A stretch of 64,000 nt of DNA, taken from NCBI RefSeq assembly GCF_036507355.1, contig NZ_AP027877.1. One strand, 5' to 3'. Positions 28,631-39,500 of the stretch are shown here, piece after piece. The first letter of the stretch is position 1; the number at the start of each line of letters is the position of its first letter. The stretch is from Escherichia coli. Its GTDB lineage: Bacteria > Pseudomonadota > Gammaproteobacteria > Enterobacterales > Enterobacteriaceae. Position numbers and translations under genes: made by a program. The notes under the pieces are model-generated. The model did no database searches, was not told the origin of the DNA, and was given only the letters and a program-made list of their open reading frames with translations.

Positions 28631-28963
28631 ACGTCAATAAACACTAAATCAATCGAAATGGAAATCACATAGTTTGCTAAGTATATTGGTATTTACGGCA
28701 TAAATATATATTAATTTTATATTTATCATGATGATTGAAATGAGGCTTTAATGGCGCAACGTAAAACTTTATATAAATTAACATGGTTAACATTTATGCC
28801 ACTATTGTTGATAAATTCATATTTCGTAATGCTTCTGAATTTTTCGTGTGATGGTTTTAAATACTATGTTGTTTACTCTTGGGGTTACTGCTTATTTATA
28901 AAATACGGGCATTCCAATAGATGCCCGTATAAGCAGAGTATGATTCTGGCAGATCGTTGAGTA

Positions 28964-29656
28964 TTAATGTTGGACCGAATGTGAACGAATAAATAACTCG
29001 TTTATTTTACCACCCATTCTCTTTTCGATTCGTTGCTTGTACGCGTAGATGCTACGGATATCCATATCCAGAACTTCAGTAATCTGATATGGGTTATAAC
29101 CAGAAACCATATACCCCATTATGGTGAATTCCATCTGAGTTAATGTGTTACCTCTGGTAAATGATAAATAACGACCAATAAATAGTTGTCTGATCTTTTC
29201 ATTGGCAACATCAAGACCATCATCATTATATATGACAGCAGATATTGCAGAGTTGTGCTTTCGCCAGTAGTTAGCTAACGATTGCATATTGCGGTCGCTG
29301 ACTAAAACAATCCCCATGTCAGTACTTGCAAGATAGTCAATCCAGTCTTTTTCAAGGAATAGACGTAAAAAACTTACTGAAAAATCGACAAAAATATATC
29401 CGCTTAATCTCGCATTGTGGTTTTTTGTTAAGATACCTTCCACCACACCACGATTAAAATATGAACTTTCTTCGGGCCACATACAAAAACACGAGTTTGC
29501 GCAATACTGAAAACGCGGTGACTCTTCTGGCATTATTTGGCAATGCATTGAGCAACTATTGCATGTAAGACTTTTATAACGACTACAAAGCCCCATGTTA
29601 AGAACCTCCCTATCCGTATATAATTGCATAATTTCATTGGTTATTGATGATGTCAA
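28964..29656 (-). CDS. yqeH: LuxR-family (GerE-type HTH) regulator YqeH
   Basis: 230 aa with C-terminal HTH (LTQMEFTIMGYMVSGYNPYQITEVLDMDIRSIYAYKQRI). Confidence 0.6.
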   Translation of the reverse strand: MTSSITNEIMQLYTDREVLNMGLCSRYKSLTCNSCSMHCQIMPEESPRFQYCANSCFCMWPEESSYFNRGVVEGILTKNHNARLSGYIFVDFSVSFLRLFLEKDWIDYLASTDMGIVLVSDRNMQSLANYWRKHNSAISAVIYNDDGLDVANEKIRQLFIGRYLSFTRGNTLTQMEFTIMGYMVSGYNPYQITEVLDMDIRSIYAYKQRIEKRMGGKINELFIRSHSVQH

Positions 29657-30055
29657 TACACCATGATTTTGTAATGTTGCTGGGAAAAATTGCGATTAAT
29701 CTGTATTTGCTATAATTCTGATTAAGACATTTAAAAATGCATTTCTCGTTATTAAATATGATTATGTTTCACTGATTTAATCTTGCATGGTTGAGAGTGG
29801 TCCAGATAACTATCTCATGGTATGAGAATATCTATATCGCAAATTGTTTTTGAATGACCAGAAGATATCTTGCGAATCTAAGTTATGCATCTTAAATAGT
29901 CTTATTTAAGATGTTCAGATCTCTTTGTGTGTTTAACTAACTGATAATTCTAGGATATGATGAGAGAAGTGATAGGGCGGAATAATAACAAATGAACATT
30001 ATGAAAAATGGAATGGTTCAAAATTGTAGTAATTTTGAACCATTCACAATGGATA

Positions 30056-31285
30056 TTAGCTAAAGAACATTACCGATACGCACAGAATACCCACGATCAG
30101 CGTAATCAGATTTCCGATGGAACGCCAGGGTTTAAGCGCCGGGATGAGATACGTTGACAGCGTAGGCATGATGAAAAGTATCATGGCAATGAGTGGGCCG
30201 CTGATCGCATAAATCATCGAAATCGCGTTCGGGTTAATGCAACAAACAATGAAGGTGATCAGCGATACCAACATAATTGATAGTGCGCGGTTAAATGCAC
30301 GACTTTTCTTTACACCAACCTGCTGTAATGTTGTTTTGACGACCTCTGTGGCACCTTCAATAACGCCAAAGTACGTACCCAGGAATGATTTCGACATGGC
30401 AACTACTGCGACAATAATCCCGGAAATTGACAACCATGCTGGGGCGTTCGGCAGCATAGAAAGCGCCGATAAAATGGTGACCCCTTCTTCTTTAGCCGCT
30501 TCAATATACGAAGGTGGAATAGAAAGCAGGCAGCTAAAGACAAAGAACAGTACACTTATGCAGATGATGAGATAAGCGACTTTCATAATTTTTTTGCATT
30601 TATCCATAGCGTGTTCGCCATATTTTTCACGTCTGTCTATGGCAAACGTAGAAATAATGGGCGTATGGCTAAAGGCGAAAACCATCACGGGAATCGATAT
30701 CCATATCTGGTGAAGGGTATTCTGATTGAACTCTACCTGGGTTGTTAATAGATCAGGTTGCCAACTACCGACAAGGTAAATGGAAAGAAATAAGAAATAG
30801 GCAATCAATGGGAATACCAAAAATCCCATTACCCGAATAGTGGCATGACGTCCCATCAGAAAAATGAGATTCAGAATTAATACAACACCCAGACTCACCA
30901 ACATACGGATGCGAAGATCAATAACCATATGCTTTGCCAGCTGTTCCGTAAGTGAGTTGGTAATTGCCACTGCATATATCAACACGACGACAAAAAAGGC
31001 GATGAAGTACAGCGTGGTAATCAGATTACCTATCTTCTTGCCATAGTAGTGTGTTACTGCGCCCGTTATCCCTTCACCTGCTGATGTTTTCGATGAGAGG
31101 ATGAACTGACATAAGGCTTTATGTGGCCAGTATGTTAAAGGCCAGGCGACCAGAGCAGTAATAAACAGGACCACAGCCCCTGCCGAACCTAACTGAATAG
31201 GAAGGAAGAGCGTGCCTGCACCAACGGCTGTGCCGTAGAGCGCGAAACTCCACAGAGTTTCTTCTTTTGACCAAATATTAGACAT
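30056..31285 (-). CDS. yqeG: HAAAP-family amino acid (serine-type) transporter YqeG
   Basis: 409-aa polytopic membrane protein resembling SdaC/TdcC. Confidence 0.85.
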   Translation of the reverse strand: MSNIWSKEETLWSFALYGTAVGAGTLFLPIQLGSAGAVVLFITALVAWPLTYWPHKALCQFILSSKTSAGEGITGAVTHYYGKKIGNLITTLYFIAFFVVVLIYAVAITNSLTEQLAKHMVIDLRIRMLVSLGVVLILNLIFLMGRHATIRVMGFLVFPLIAYFLFLSIYLVGSWQPDLLTTQVEFNQNTLHQIWISIPVMVFAFSHTPIISTFAIDRREKYGEHAMDKCKKIMKVAYLIICISVLFFVFSCLLSIPPSYIEAAKEEGVTILSALSMLPNAPAWLSISGIIVAVVAMSKSFLGTYFGVIEGATEVVKTTLQQVGVKKSRAFNRALSIMLVSLITFIVCCINPNAISMIYAISGPLIAMILFIMPTLSTYLIPALKPWRSIGNLITLIVGILCVSVMFFS

Positions 31286-31536
31286 TATCTGAACGTATCA
31301 TCTACAAATTAAACAAAATAGAGGGCAATTTACCATAAACCAGGTTAAGTATGGGAGATTAACGCCCTATCTACCCCTCTATTGGTGGGTTAGTGGTTGC
31401 AAACCTTACGTGCCAGTTATGTCTCTGACTGCTGGTCAGGCGTATTTCCTTTGTGATAAAAATCACTTTTTTTAAACAATTAAGATAACTGTAATTAACA
31501 ATCATTTACTATTGCACTGTTAATTGGTGCGAGGTT

Positions 31537-32721
31537 GTGATGAAAGACGTTGTGATTGTCGGGGCGTTACGGACACCTATCGGCTGCTTTCGTGGTGCGT
31601 TAGCGGGTCATTCCGCCATGGAACTTGGTAGTCTGGTCGTGAAAGCGTTAATAGAACGTACCGGCGTGCCTGCATATGCGGTGGATGAAGTGATTCTTGG
31701 CCAGGTGTTGACTGCAGGGGCAGGGCAGAATCCGGCAAGGCAATCGGCTATTAAAGGTGGCCTTCCTAATAGCGTTTCTGCAATCACGATTAATGACGTT
31801 TGCGGTTCCGGGCTTAAAGCACTGCATCTGGCTACTCAGGCGATACAGTGTGGCGAGGCTGATATTGTCATCGCCGGTGGCCAGGAAAACATGAGCCGCG
31901 CACCACATGTTCTGACTGATAGCCGCACCGGTGCACAGCTTGGCAATAGCCAGTTGGTTGACAGTCTTGTGCATGATGGGTTGTGGGATGCCTTCAATGA
32001 TTATCATATTGGTGTCACCGCCGAAAATCTGGCTCGCGAATATGGCATCAGCCGTCAGTTGCAGGATGCTTACGCACTTAGCTCGCAACAAAAAGCGCGA
32101 GCGGCGATTGACGCCGGACGATTTAAAGATGAGATCGTCCCGGTAATGACCCAAAGTAATGGTCAGACGTTGGTTATTGATACCGATGAACAGCCACGCA
32201 CTGACGCCAGTGCAGAAGGCTTAGCCCGTTTAAATCCTTCATTTGATAGTCTCGGTTCTGTGACAGCGGGTAATGCATCATCCATAAACGATGGCGCAGC
32301 TGCGGTAATGATGATGAGCGAAGCCAAAGCACGAGCGTTGAATTTACCCGTGCTGGCCCGCATCCGCGCATTTGCCAGCGTTGGTGTAGATCCAGCATTG
32401 ATGGGAATTGCGCCGGTGTATGCGACCCGCCGTTGCCTGGAGCGTGTGGGCTGGCAGTTGGCTGATGTCGATCTTATCGAGGCTAATGAAGCGTTTGCTG
32501 CACAGGCGCTTTCGGTTGGCAAGATGCTTGAATGGGATGAGCGTCGGGTCAATGTCAATGGTGGCGCGATCGCACTCGGTCACCCGATAGGCGCTTCCGG
32601 TTGCCGAATCCTGGTTTCTCTGGTTCATGAAATGGTGAAACGTAATGCCCGCAAAGGACTGGCAATGCTTTGTATCGGCGGGGGCCAGGGCGTAGCATTG
32701 ACCATTGAACGTGACGAGTAG
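31537..32721 (+). CDS. yqeF: acetyl-CoA C-acetyltransferase (thiolase) YqeF
   Basis: Thiolase motifs (active-site Cys in NDVCGSGLKAL; C-terminal GHPIGASGCRIL, CIGGGQGVA). Confidence 0.9.
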   Translation: MMKDVVIVGALRTPIGCFRGALAGHSAMELGSLVVKALIERTGVPAYAVDEVILGQVLTAGAGQNPARQSAIKGGLPNSVSAITINDVCGSGLKALHLATQAIQCGEADIVIAGGQENMSRAPHVLTDSRTGAQLGNSQLVDSLVHDGLWDAFNDYHIGVTAENLAREYGISRQLQDAYALSSQQKARAAIDAGRFKDEIVPVMTQSNGQTLVIDTDEQPRTDASAEGLARLNPSFDSLGSVTAGNASSINDGAAAVMMMSEAKARALNLPVLARIRAFASVGVDPALMGIAPVYATRRCLERVGWQLADVDLIEANEAFAAQALSVGKMLEWDERRVNVNGGAIALGHPIGASGCRILVSLVHEMVKRNARKGLAMLCIGGGQGVALTIERDE

Positions 32722-33007
32722 CTCTGCATTTCCTCCTTACCGATAAATATCTGCCGTCATTAATCTGTTGAATAATGATGGCTGGTGAGTCGACATACCT
32801 TTTCAGGACTCCCTGATTTTTCCATTCTCATGACATATTCGTGATCGACACTGCACTTTTTTTAATCCTTAACTTAAAAATGAAACATTGTTTTATTTTT
32901 AATTGAAAACCCTATCCCATGGGCATATCATCCCCTTATAGAGAAAACGAAACAGTGTTTCACTATCGTTTTCTATTTTCACGCTTCACTGATTATCGGA
33001 GGTTGAT

Positions 33008-33843
33008 GTGGACGTAAGACAGAGCATCCACAGTGCGCACGCAAAAACACTGGATACCCAAGGGCTGCGCAATGAATTTTTGGTTGAAAAGGTATTTGTC
33101 GCCGATGAGTACACCATGGTTTACAGCCACATTGACCGAATTATTGTTGGCGGCATTATGCCGGTAACTAAAACGGTTTCCGTTGGCGGGGAAGTTGGTA
33201 AACAACTCGGCGTAAGCTATTTCCTTGAACGTCGCGAGTTAGGTGTTATCAATATTGGCGGTGCCGGTACGATTACTGTCGATGGTCATGCTATGAAATC
33301 GGTCACCGCGACGCCCTGTATGTTGGTAAAGGTGCAAAAGAAGTTGTCTTTGCCAGTATTGATACCGCCACTCCGGCAAAGTTTTATTACAATTGCGCAC
33401 CTGCGCATACGACGTATCCCACCAAAAAAGTCACACCGGACGAAGTATCTCCAGTCACGTTAGGCGATAACCTCACCAGTAACCGTCGCACAATTAACAA
33501 ATATTTTGTCCCGGATGTGCTGGAAACCTGCCAATTGAGTATGGGGCTGACGGAGCTGGCTCCAGGTAACTTGTGGAACACCATGCCGTGTCACACTCAC
33601 GAGCGCCGGATGGAAGTTTATTTCTATTTCAATATGGATGATGACGCCTGCGTTTTCCACATGATGGGGCAGCCGCAAGAAACGCGTCATATTGTAATGC
33701 ATAACGAGCAGGCGGTGATCTCCCCGAGCTGGTCGATCCATTCCGGCGTCGGAACCAAAGCTTATACCTTTATCTGGGGCATGGTCGGTGAAAACCAGGT
33801 CTTTGATGATATGGACCATGTGGCCGTTAAAGATTTGCGCTAG
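33008..33843 (+). pseudogene. kduI: kduI (5-dehydro-4-deoxy-D-glucuronate isomerase) with an apparent single-base frameshift
   Basis: Two ORFs in different frames (33008-33463 and 33517-33843) together span a kduI-sized locus; the second frame is open back to 33292 and reads [24 protein letters not shown]...; frames meet at about 33288-33290. Confidence 0.75.
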
Positions 33844-33872
33844 TTGTGGGCATAAACGAATAAGGTATTGTT

Positions 33873-34634
33873 ATGATTTTAAGTGCATTTTCTCTCGAAG
33901 GTAAAGTTGCGGTCGTCACTGGTTGTGATACTGGACTGGGCCAGGGGATGGCGTTGGGGCTGGCGCAAGCGGGCTGTGACATTGTTGGCATTAACATCGT
34001 TGAACCGACTGAAACCATCAAGCAAGTCACGGTGCTGGGGCGTCGTTTTTTAAGCCTGACCGCCGATCTGCGAAAGATTGATGGCATTCCAGCACTGCTG
34101 GATCGCGCGGTAGCTGAGTTTGGTCATATTGATATCCTGGTGAATAACGCCGGATTGATTCGCCGCGAAGATGCTCTCGAGTTCAGCGAAAAAGACTGGG
34201 ACGATGTCATGAACCTGAATATCAAGAGCGTATTCTTCATGTCTCAGGCAGCGGCGAAACACTTTATCGCGCAAGGCAATGGCGGCAAGATTATCAATAT
34301 CGCGTCAATGCTCTCCTTCCAGGGCGGGATCCGTGTGCCTTCTTATACCGCATCAAAAAGCGGTGTGATGGGCGTGACGCGATTGATGGCGAACGAATGG
34401 GCTAAACACAACATTAATGTTAATGCGATAGCTCCGGGTTACATGGCGACCAACAATACTCAACAATTGCGGGCAGATGAACAACGTAGCGCGGAAATTC
34501 TCGACCGCATTCCAGCTGGCCGTTGGGGACTGCCGAGTGACCTGATGGGGCCGGTAGTGTTCCTTGCCTCCAGCGCTTCAGATTATGTGAATGGTTATAC
34601 CATTGCCGTGGATGGCGGTTGGCTGGCGCGTTAA
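33873..34634 (+). CDS. kduD: 2-dehydro-3-deoxy-D-gluconate 5-dehydrogenase
   Basis: 253-aa SDR with TGCDTGLG cofactor motif and YTASK active site. Confidence 0.92.
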   Translation: MILSAFSLEGKVAVVTGCDTGLGQGMALGLAQAGCDIVGINIVEPTETIKQVTVLGRRFLSLTADLRKIDGIPALLDRAVAEFGHIDILVNNAGLIRREDALEFSEKDWDDVMNLNIKSVFFMSQAAAKHFIAQGNGGKIINIASMLSFQGGIRVPSYTASKSGVMGVTRLMANEWAKHNINVNAIAPGYMATNNTQQLRADEQRSAEILDRIPAGRWGLPSDLMGPVVFLASSASDYVNGYTIAVDGGWLAR

Positions 34635-34655
34635 TTCATTCTTCTTACTTTTATG

Positions 34656-34681
34656 ACCCTGCCGCATGGCAGGGTTTTTTA
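34656..34681 (+). terminator. intrinsic terminator after kduD
   Basis: ACCCTGCCGCATGGCAGGGT followed by a T6 run. Confidence 0.75.
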
Positions 34682-34948
34682 TATCTGTAGATCATCATAA
34701 TCCATATCATGGTTATGAAATAATCCATATCAATTATCAATTAATGAACTTTATGAATTTTATCTGCTTTAAAATTAGGTGGTTAATAATAATCTCAATA
34801 ATTCAACTTAATTTGAAAATTGGAATATCCATCACATAACGACATGTCGCAGCAATTTAATCCATATTTATGCTGTTTCCGACCTGACACCTGTGTGAGT
34901 TGTTCACGTATTTTTTCACTATGTCTTACTCTCTGCTGGCAGGAAAAA

Positions 34949-36367
34949 ATGGTTACTATCAATACGGAATCTGCTTTAACGCCACGTTCTTTGCGGGATA
35001 CGCGGCGTATGAATATGTTTGTTTCGGTAGCTGCTGCGGTCGCAGGATTGTTATTTGGTCTTGATATCGGCGTAATCGCCGGAGCGTTGCCGTTCATTAC
35101 CGATCACTTTGTGCTGACCAGTCGTTTGCAGGAATGGGTGGTCAGTAGCATGATGCTCGGTGCAGCAATTGGTGCGCTGTTTAATGGTTGGCTGTCGTTC
35201 CGCCTGGGGCGTAAATACAGCCTGATGGCGGGGGCTATCCTGTTTGTACTCGGTTCGATAGGGTCCGCTTTTGCGACCAGCGTAGAGATGTTAATCGCCG
35301 CTCGTGTGGTGCTGGGCATTGCTGTCGGGATCGCGTCTTACACCGCTCCTCTGTATCTTTCTGAAATGGCAAGTGAAAACGTTCGCGGTAAGATGATCAG
35401 TATGTACCAGTTGATGGTCACACTCGGCATTGTGCTGGCGTTTTTATCCGATACAGCGTTCAGTTATAGCGGTAACTGGCGCGCAATGTTGGGGGTTCTT
35501 GCTTTACCAGCAGTCCTGCTGATTATTCTGGTGGTCTTCCTGCCAAATAGCCCGCGCTGGCTAGCGGAAAAGGGGCGTCATATTGAGGCAGAAGAAGTGT
35601 TGCGTATGCTGCGTGATACGTCGGAAAAAGCGCGAGAAGAACTCAACGAAATTCGTGAAAGCCTGAAGTTAAAACAGGGCGGTTGGGCACTGTTTAAGAT
35701 CAACCGTAACGTCCGTCGTGCTGTGTTTCTCGGTATGTTGTTGCAGGCGATGCAGCAGTTTACCGGTATGAACATCATCATGTACTACGCACCGCGTATC
35801 TTCAAAATGGCGGGCTTTACGACGACAGAACAACAGATGATTGCGACTCTGGTCGTGGGGCTGACCTTTATGTTCGCCACCTTTATTGCGGTGTTTACGG
35901 TAGATAAAGCAGGGCGTAAACCGGCTCTGAAAATTGGTTTCAGCGTGATGGCGTTAGGCACTCTGGTGCTGGGCTATTGCCTGATGCAGTTTGATAACGG
36001 TACGGCTTCCAGTGGCTTGTCCTGGCTCTCTGTTGGCATGACGATGATGTGTATTGCCGGTTATGCGATGAGCGCCGCGCCAGTGGTGTGGATCCTGTGC
36101 TCTGAAATTCAGCCGCTGAAATGCCGCGATTTTGGCATCACCTGCTCAACGACGACAAACTGGGTGTCGAATATGATTATCGGCGCGACCTTCCTGACAC
36201 TACTTGATAGCATTGGCGCTGCCGGTACGTTCTGGCTCTACACTGCGCTGAACATTGCGTTTGTAGGCATCACTTTCTGGCTCATTCCGGAAACCAAAAA
36301 TGTCACGCTGGAACATATCGAACGCAAACTGATGGCAGGCGAGAAGTTGAGAAATATCGGCGTCTGA
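34949..36367 (+). CDS. araE: arabinose:H+ symporter
   Basis: MFS sugar porter; start taken at [17 protein letters not shown] (472 aa); the upstream in-frame extension in the track is not coding. Confidence 0.92.
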   Translation: MVTINTESALTPRSLRDTRRMNMFVSVAAAVAGLLFGLDIGVIAGALPFITDHFVLTSRLQEWVVSSMMLGAAIGALFNGWLSFRLGRKYSLMAGAILFVLGSIGSAFATSVEMLIAARVVLGIAVGIASYTAPLYLSEMASENVRGKMISMYQLMVTLGIVLAFLSDTAFSYSGNWRAMLGVLALPAVLLIILVVFLPNSPRWLAEKGRHIEAEEVLRMLRDTSEKAREELNEIRESLKLKQGGWALFKINRNVRRAVFLGMLLQAMQQFTGMNIIMYYAPRIFKMAGFTTTEQQMIATLVVGLTFMFATFIAVFTVDKAGRKPALKIGFSVMALGTLVLGYCLMQFDNGTASSGLSWLSVGMTMMCIAGYAMSAAPVVWILCSEIQPLKCRDFGITCSTTTNWVSNMIIGATFLTLLDSIGAAGTFWLYTALNIAFVGITFWLIPETKNVTLEHIERKLMAGEKLRNIGV

Positions 36368-36373
36368 TTTCAC

Positions 36374-36406
36374 GGGCCGGATGTGCTGTACATCCGGCCC
36401 TTTTTT
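36374..36406 (+). terminator. intrinsic terminator after araE
   Basis: GGGCCGGATG-TGCTGTA-CATCCGGCCC followed by TTTTTT. Confidence 0.8.
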
Positions 36407-36495
36407 CGTTAATAGAGATTGGGCACCTGGCCGTTGAGGCGTTTGTCTCGTTCCTTATTCAGCCTTGTTGCGGTAACACACATCAGGAGAGAGGA

Positions 36496-37188
36496 ATGAA
36501 AACAATTGGTTTGCTGGGAGGAATGAGCTGGGAATCCACTATTCCTTACTATCGTCTGATAAATGAAGGCATTAAACAGCGGCTTGGTGGGCTTCACTCT
36601 GCGCAAGTGCTGCTACATAGCGTCGATTTTCATGAAATAGAAGAGTGCCAGCGTCGCGGTGAGTGGGACAAAACCGGGGATATTCTGGCTGAGGCGGCGC
36701 TTGGCTTACAGCGGGCGGGCGCAGAAGGCATTGTGTTATGTACCAATACGATGCACAAAGTGGCGGATGCTATAGAGTCTCGTTGCTCTCTGCCTTTCTT
36801 ACACATTGCGGATGCCACCGGACGTGCAATTACCGGGGCCGGAATGACTCGTGTGGCGCTGCTGGGTACGCGTTACACCATGGAACAGGATTTTTATCGC
36901 GGGCGGCTGACGGAACAATTTTCCATCAATTGTCTTATTCCTGAAGCGGATGAACGGGCGAAGATTAATCAGATTATTTTTGAAGAACTGTGTCTGGGGC
37001 AATTTACCGAAGCGTCACGCGCTTATTATGCGCAAGTGATTGCTCGCCAGGCAGAACAGGGGGCGCAGGGTGTCATTTTTGGCTGTACGGAAATTGGTTT
37101 ACTGGTGCCAGAAGAGCGCAGTGTTCTGCCTGTGTTTGATACCGCGGCGATCCATGCCGAGGATGCTGTCGCTTTTATGCTGTCGTAG
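36496..37188 (+). CDS. ygeA: Asp/Glu-type amino acid racemase YgeA
   Basis: 230-aa Asp/Glu/hydantoin racemase-family protein; position between araE and lysR. Confidence 0.85.
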   Translation: MKTIGLLGGMSWESTIPYYRLINEGIKQRLGGLHSAQVLLHSVDFHEIEECQRRGEWDKTGDILAEAALGLQRAGAEGIVLCTNTMHKVADAIESRCSLPFLHIADATGRAITGAGMTRVALLGTRYTMEQDFYRGRLTEQFSINCLIPEADERAKINQIIFEELCLGQFTEASRAYYAQVIARQAEQGAQGVIFGCTEIGLLVPEERSVLPVFDTAAIHAEDAVAFMLS

Positions 37189-38110
37189 CTGACGACAGAA
37201 TAGCGTCAAGAGAAGTGACCAGTTTCGGTAACCCCGCTTGTAAATGCTCACTAAACGCCTGCACCAGCGCTGATGACGGGCGATGCAGAGGGCGGATCAG
37301 GCTGACGGTGAACGGAACCGCAATACTGAACCGCCGCACCACTAAACCGCTTGCCGCATAATCCAGTGCGGTGAGCGGGTTAACCACCGAAACACCTACC
37401 CCCGCCCGTACCATTGCGCACACTGACGCGGCGCTGTGGGTTTCTACGATCATGCGTCGTTTAACCTGATGTTCAGTAAACAATTGATCCAGCAACTGGC
37501 GATAGCTGTCAGTACGGGAAAGGCTGATGTAGTTCTCACTGTGAAAATCTTCTGGCGTTAATATCTCTTTTGTCGTCAGCGGATGACCCGGAGGTAACAC
37601 ACACACTTCATCTAAAGAGAGTAATTCGGTTCGTTCTGTTCCCGCAGGCGTATGGAGCGTCTCAGTGAGTCCTAAATCATGACGCTGGGCCGAGAGCCAC
37701 TCTTCAAGTAGCGGTGATTCCTGGGGCACGATATTTAAGCTGACATCGGGATAACGTGCCAGAAAGAGTTGCAGGAGCTGCGGTAAAAAAGATTGCGAAA
37801 AGACCGGCAGGCAGGCAATAGACAGTTCTCCCTGGCGAAACTCGCGCAGACTTTCTGCAGCGCTGACAATTCGATCCAGTCCGTACCAGGATCGTTGCAC
37901 TTCTTCAAACAGACGCAGTCCTTGCACGGTAGGATGTAATCGTCCACGTACGCGCTCAAACAATTTCAGCCCGATCACCTTCTCAAAGCGCGCCAGTTCG
38001 CGGCTGACGGTTGGCTGTGAGGTGTGTAGCAGGTGTGCTGCCTCAGTCAGGCTTCCGGCGGTCATTACCGCATGAAAAATTTCAATATGACGTAAGTTAA
38101 CGGCGGCCAT
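37175..38110 (-). CDS. lysR: LysR transcriptional activator of lysA
   Basis: 311-aa LTTR with N-terminal HTH; divergent from lysA. Confidence 0.92.
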   Translation of the reverse strand: MAAVNLRHIEIFHAVMTAGSLTEAAHLLHTSQPTVSRELARFEKVIGLKLFERVRGRLHPTVQGLRLFEEVQRSWYGLDRIVSAAESLREFRQGELSIACLPVFSQSFLPQLLQLFLARYPDVSLNIVPQESPLLEEWLSAQRHDLGLTETLHTPAGTERTELLSLDEVCVLPPGHPLTTKEILTPEDFHSENYISLSRTDSYRQLLDQLFTEHQVKRRMIVETHSAASVCAMVRAGVGVSVVNPLTALDYAASGLVVRRFSIAVPFTVSLIRPLHRPSSALVQAFSEHLQAGLPKLVTSLDAILSSATTA

Positions 38111-38231
38111 TAGCGCTCTCTCGCAATCCGGTAATCCATATCATTTTTGCATAGACTCGACATAAATCGATATTTTTTATTCTTTTTATGATGTGGCGTA
38201 ATCATAAAAAAGCACTTATCTGGAGTTTGTT

Positions 38232-39494
38232 ATGCCACATTCACTGTTCAGCACCGATACCGATCTCACCGCCGAAAATCTGCTGCGTTTGCCCGCTGAA
38301 TTTGGCTGCCCGGTGTGGGTCTACGATGCGCAAATTATTCGTCGGCAGATTGCAGCGCTGAAACAGTTTGATGTGGTGCGCTTCGCGCAGAAAGCCTGTT
38401 CCAATATTCATATTTTGCGCTTAATGCGCGAGCAGGGCGTGAAAGTGGATTCCGTCTCATTGGGGGAAATCGAACGCGCGTTGGCGGCGGGATATAATCC
38501 GCAGACGCATCCCGATGACATTGTTTTTACTGCGGATGTTATCGATCAGGCGACCCTCGAGCGCGTCAGTGAATTGCAAATTCCGGTGAATGCGGGTTCT
38601 GTTGATATGCTCGACCAACTGGGCCAGGTTTCGCCAGGGCATCGGGTATGGCTGCGCGTTAACCCGGGGTTTGGTCACGGACATAGCCAAAAAACCAATA
38701 CCGGTGGCGAAAACAGCAAGCACGGTATCTGGTACACCGATCTGCCCGCCGCACTGGACGTGATACAACGTCATCATCTGCAGCTGGTCGGCATTCACAT
38801 GCACATTGGTTCTGGCGTTGATTATGCCCATCTGGAACAGGTGTGTGGTGCGATGGTGCGTCAGGTCCTCGAATTCGGTCAGGATTTACAGGCTATTTCT
38901 GCGGGCGGTGGGCTTTCTGTTCCTTATCAACAGGGTGAAGAGGCGGTTGATACCGAACATTATTATGGTCTGTGGAATGCCGCGCGTGAGCAAATTGCCC
39001 GCCATTTGGGCCACCCTGTGAAACTGGAAATTGAACCGGGTCGCTTCCTGGTAGCGCAGTCTGGCGTATTAATTACTCAGGTGCGGAGCGTCAAACAAAT
39101 GGGTAGCCGCCACTTTGTGCTTGTTGATGCCGGGTTCAACGATCTGATGCGCCCGGCAATGTACGGTAGTTACCACCATATCAGTGCTCTGGCAGCTGAT
39201 GGTCGTTCTCTGGAACACGCGCCAACGGTGGAAACCGTCGTCGCCGGGCCGTTATGTGAATCGGGCGATGTCTTTACCCAGCAGGAAGGGGGAAATGTCG
39301 AAACCCGCGCCTTGCCGGAAGTGAAGGCGGGTGATTATCTGGTACTGCATGATACAGGGGCATATGGCGCATCAATGTCATCCAACTACAACAGCCGTCC
39401 GCTGTTACCAGAAGTTCTGTTTGATAATGGCCAGGCGCGGTTGATTCGCCGTCGCCAGACCATCGAAGAATTACTGGCGCTGGAATTGCTTTAA
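38232..39494 (+). CDS. lysA: diaminopimelate decarboxylase
   Basis: 420-aa PLP-dependent fold-III decarboxylase. Confidence 0.93.
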   Translation: MPHSLFSTDTDLTAENLLRLPAEFGCPVWVYDAQIIRRQIAALKQFDVVRFAQKACSNIHILRLMREQGVKVDSVSLGEIERALAAGYNPQTHPDDIVFTADVIDQATLERVSELQIPVNAGSVDMLDQLGQVSPGHRVWLRVNPGFGHGHSQKTNTGGENSKHGIWYTDLPAALDVIQRHHLQLVGIHMHIGSGVDYAHLEQVCGAMVRQVLEFGQDLQAISAGGGLSVPYQQGEEAVDTEHYYGLWNAAREQIARHLGHPVKLEIEPGRFLVAQSGVLITQVRSVKQMGSRHFVLVDAGFNDLMRPAMYGSYHHISALAADGRSLEHAPTVETVVAGPLCESGDVFTQQEGGNVETRALPEVKAGDYLVLHDTGAYGASMSSNYNSRPLLPEVLFDNGQARLIRRRQTIEELLALELL

Positions 39495-39500
39495 CTGCGG

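Noticed and set aside
16174-31500. A third copy of the glyU 3' end marking the distal boundary of the second islet
   Set aside because: I scanned the intergenic regions by eye and found no further copy of CCCTTCGCCCGCTCCA; the distal att has probably decayed or been deleted, so the outer boundary is left undefined
34820-34948. Upstream 43-codon extension of araE in the ORF track
   Set aside because: AraE begins at MVTINTES; the extension is in the kduD-araE intergenic region
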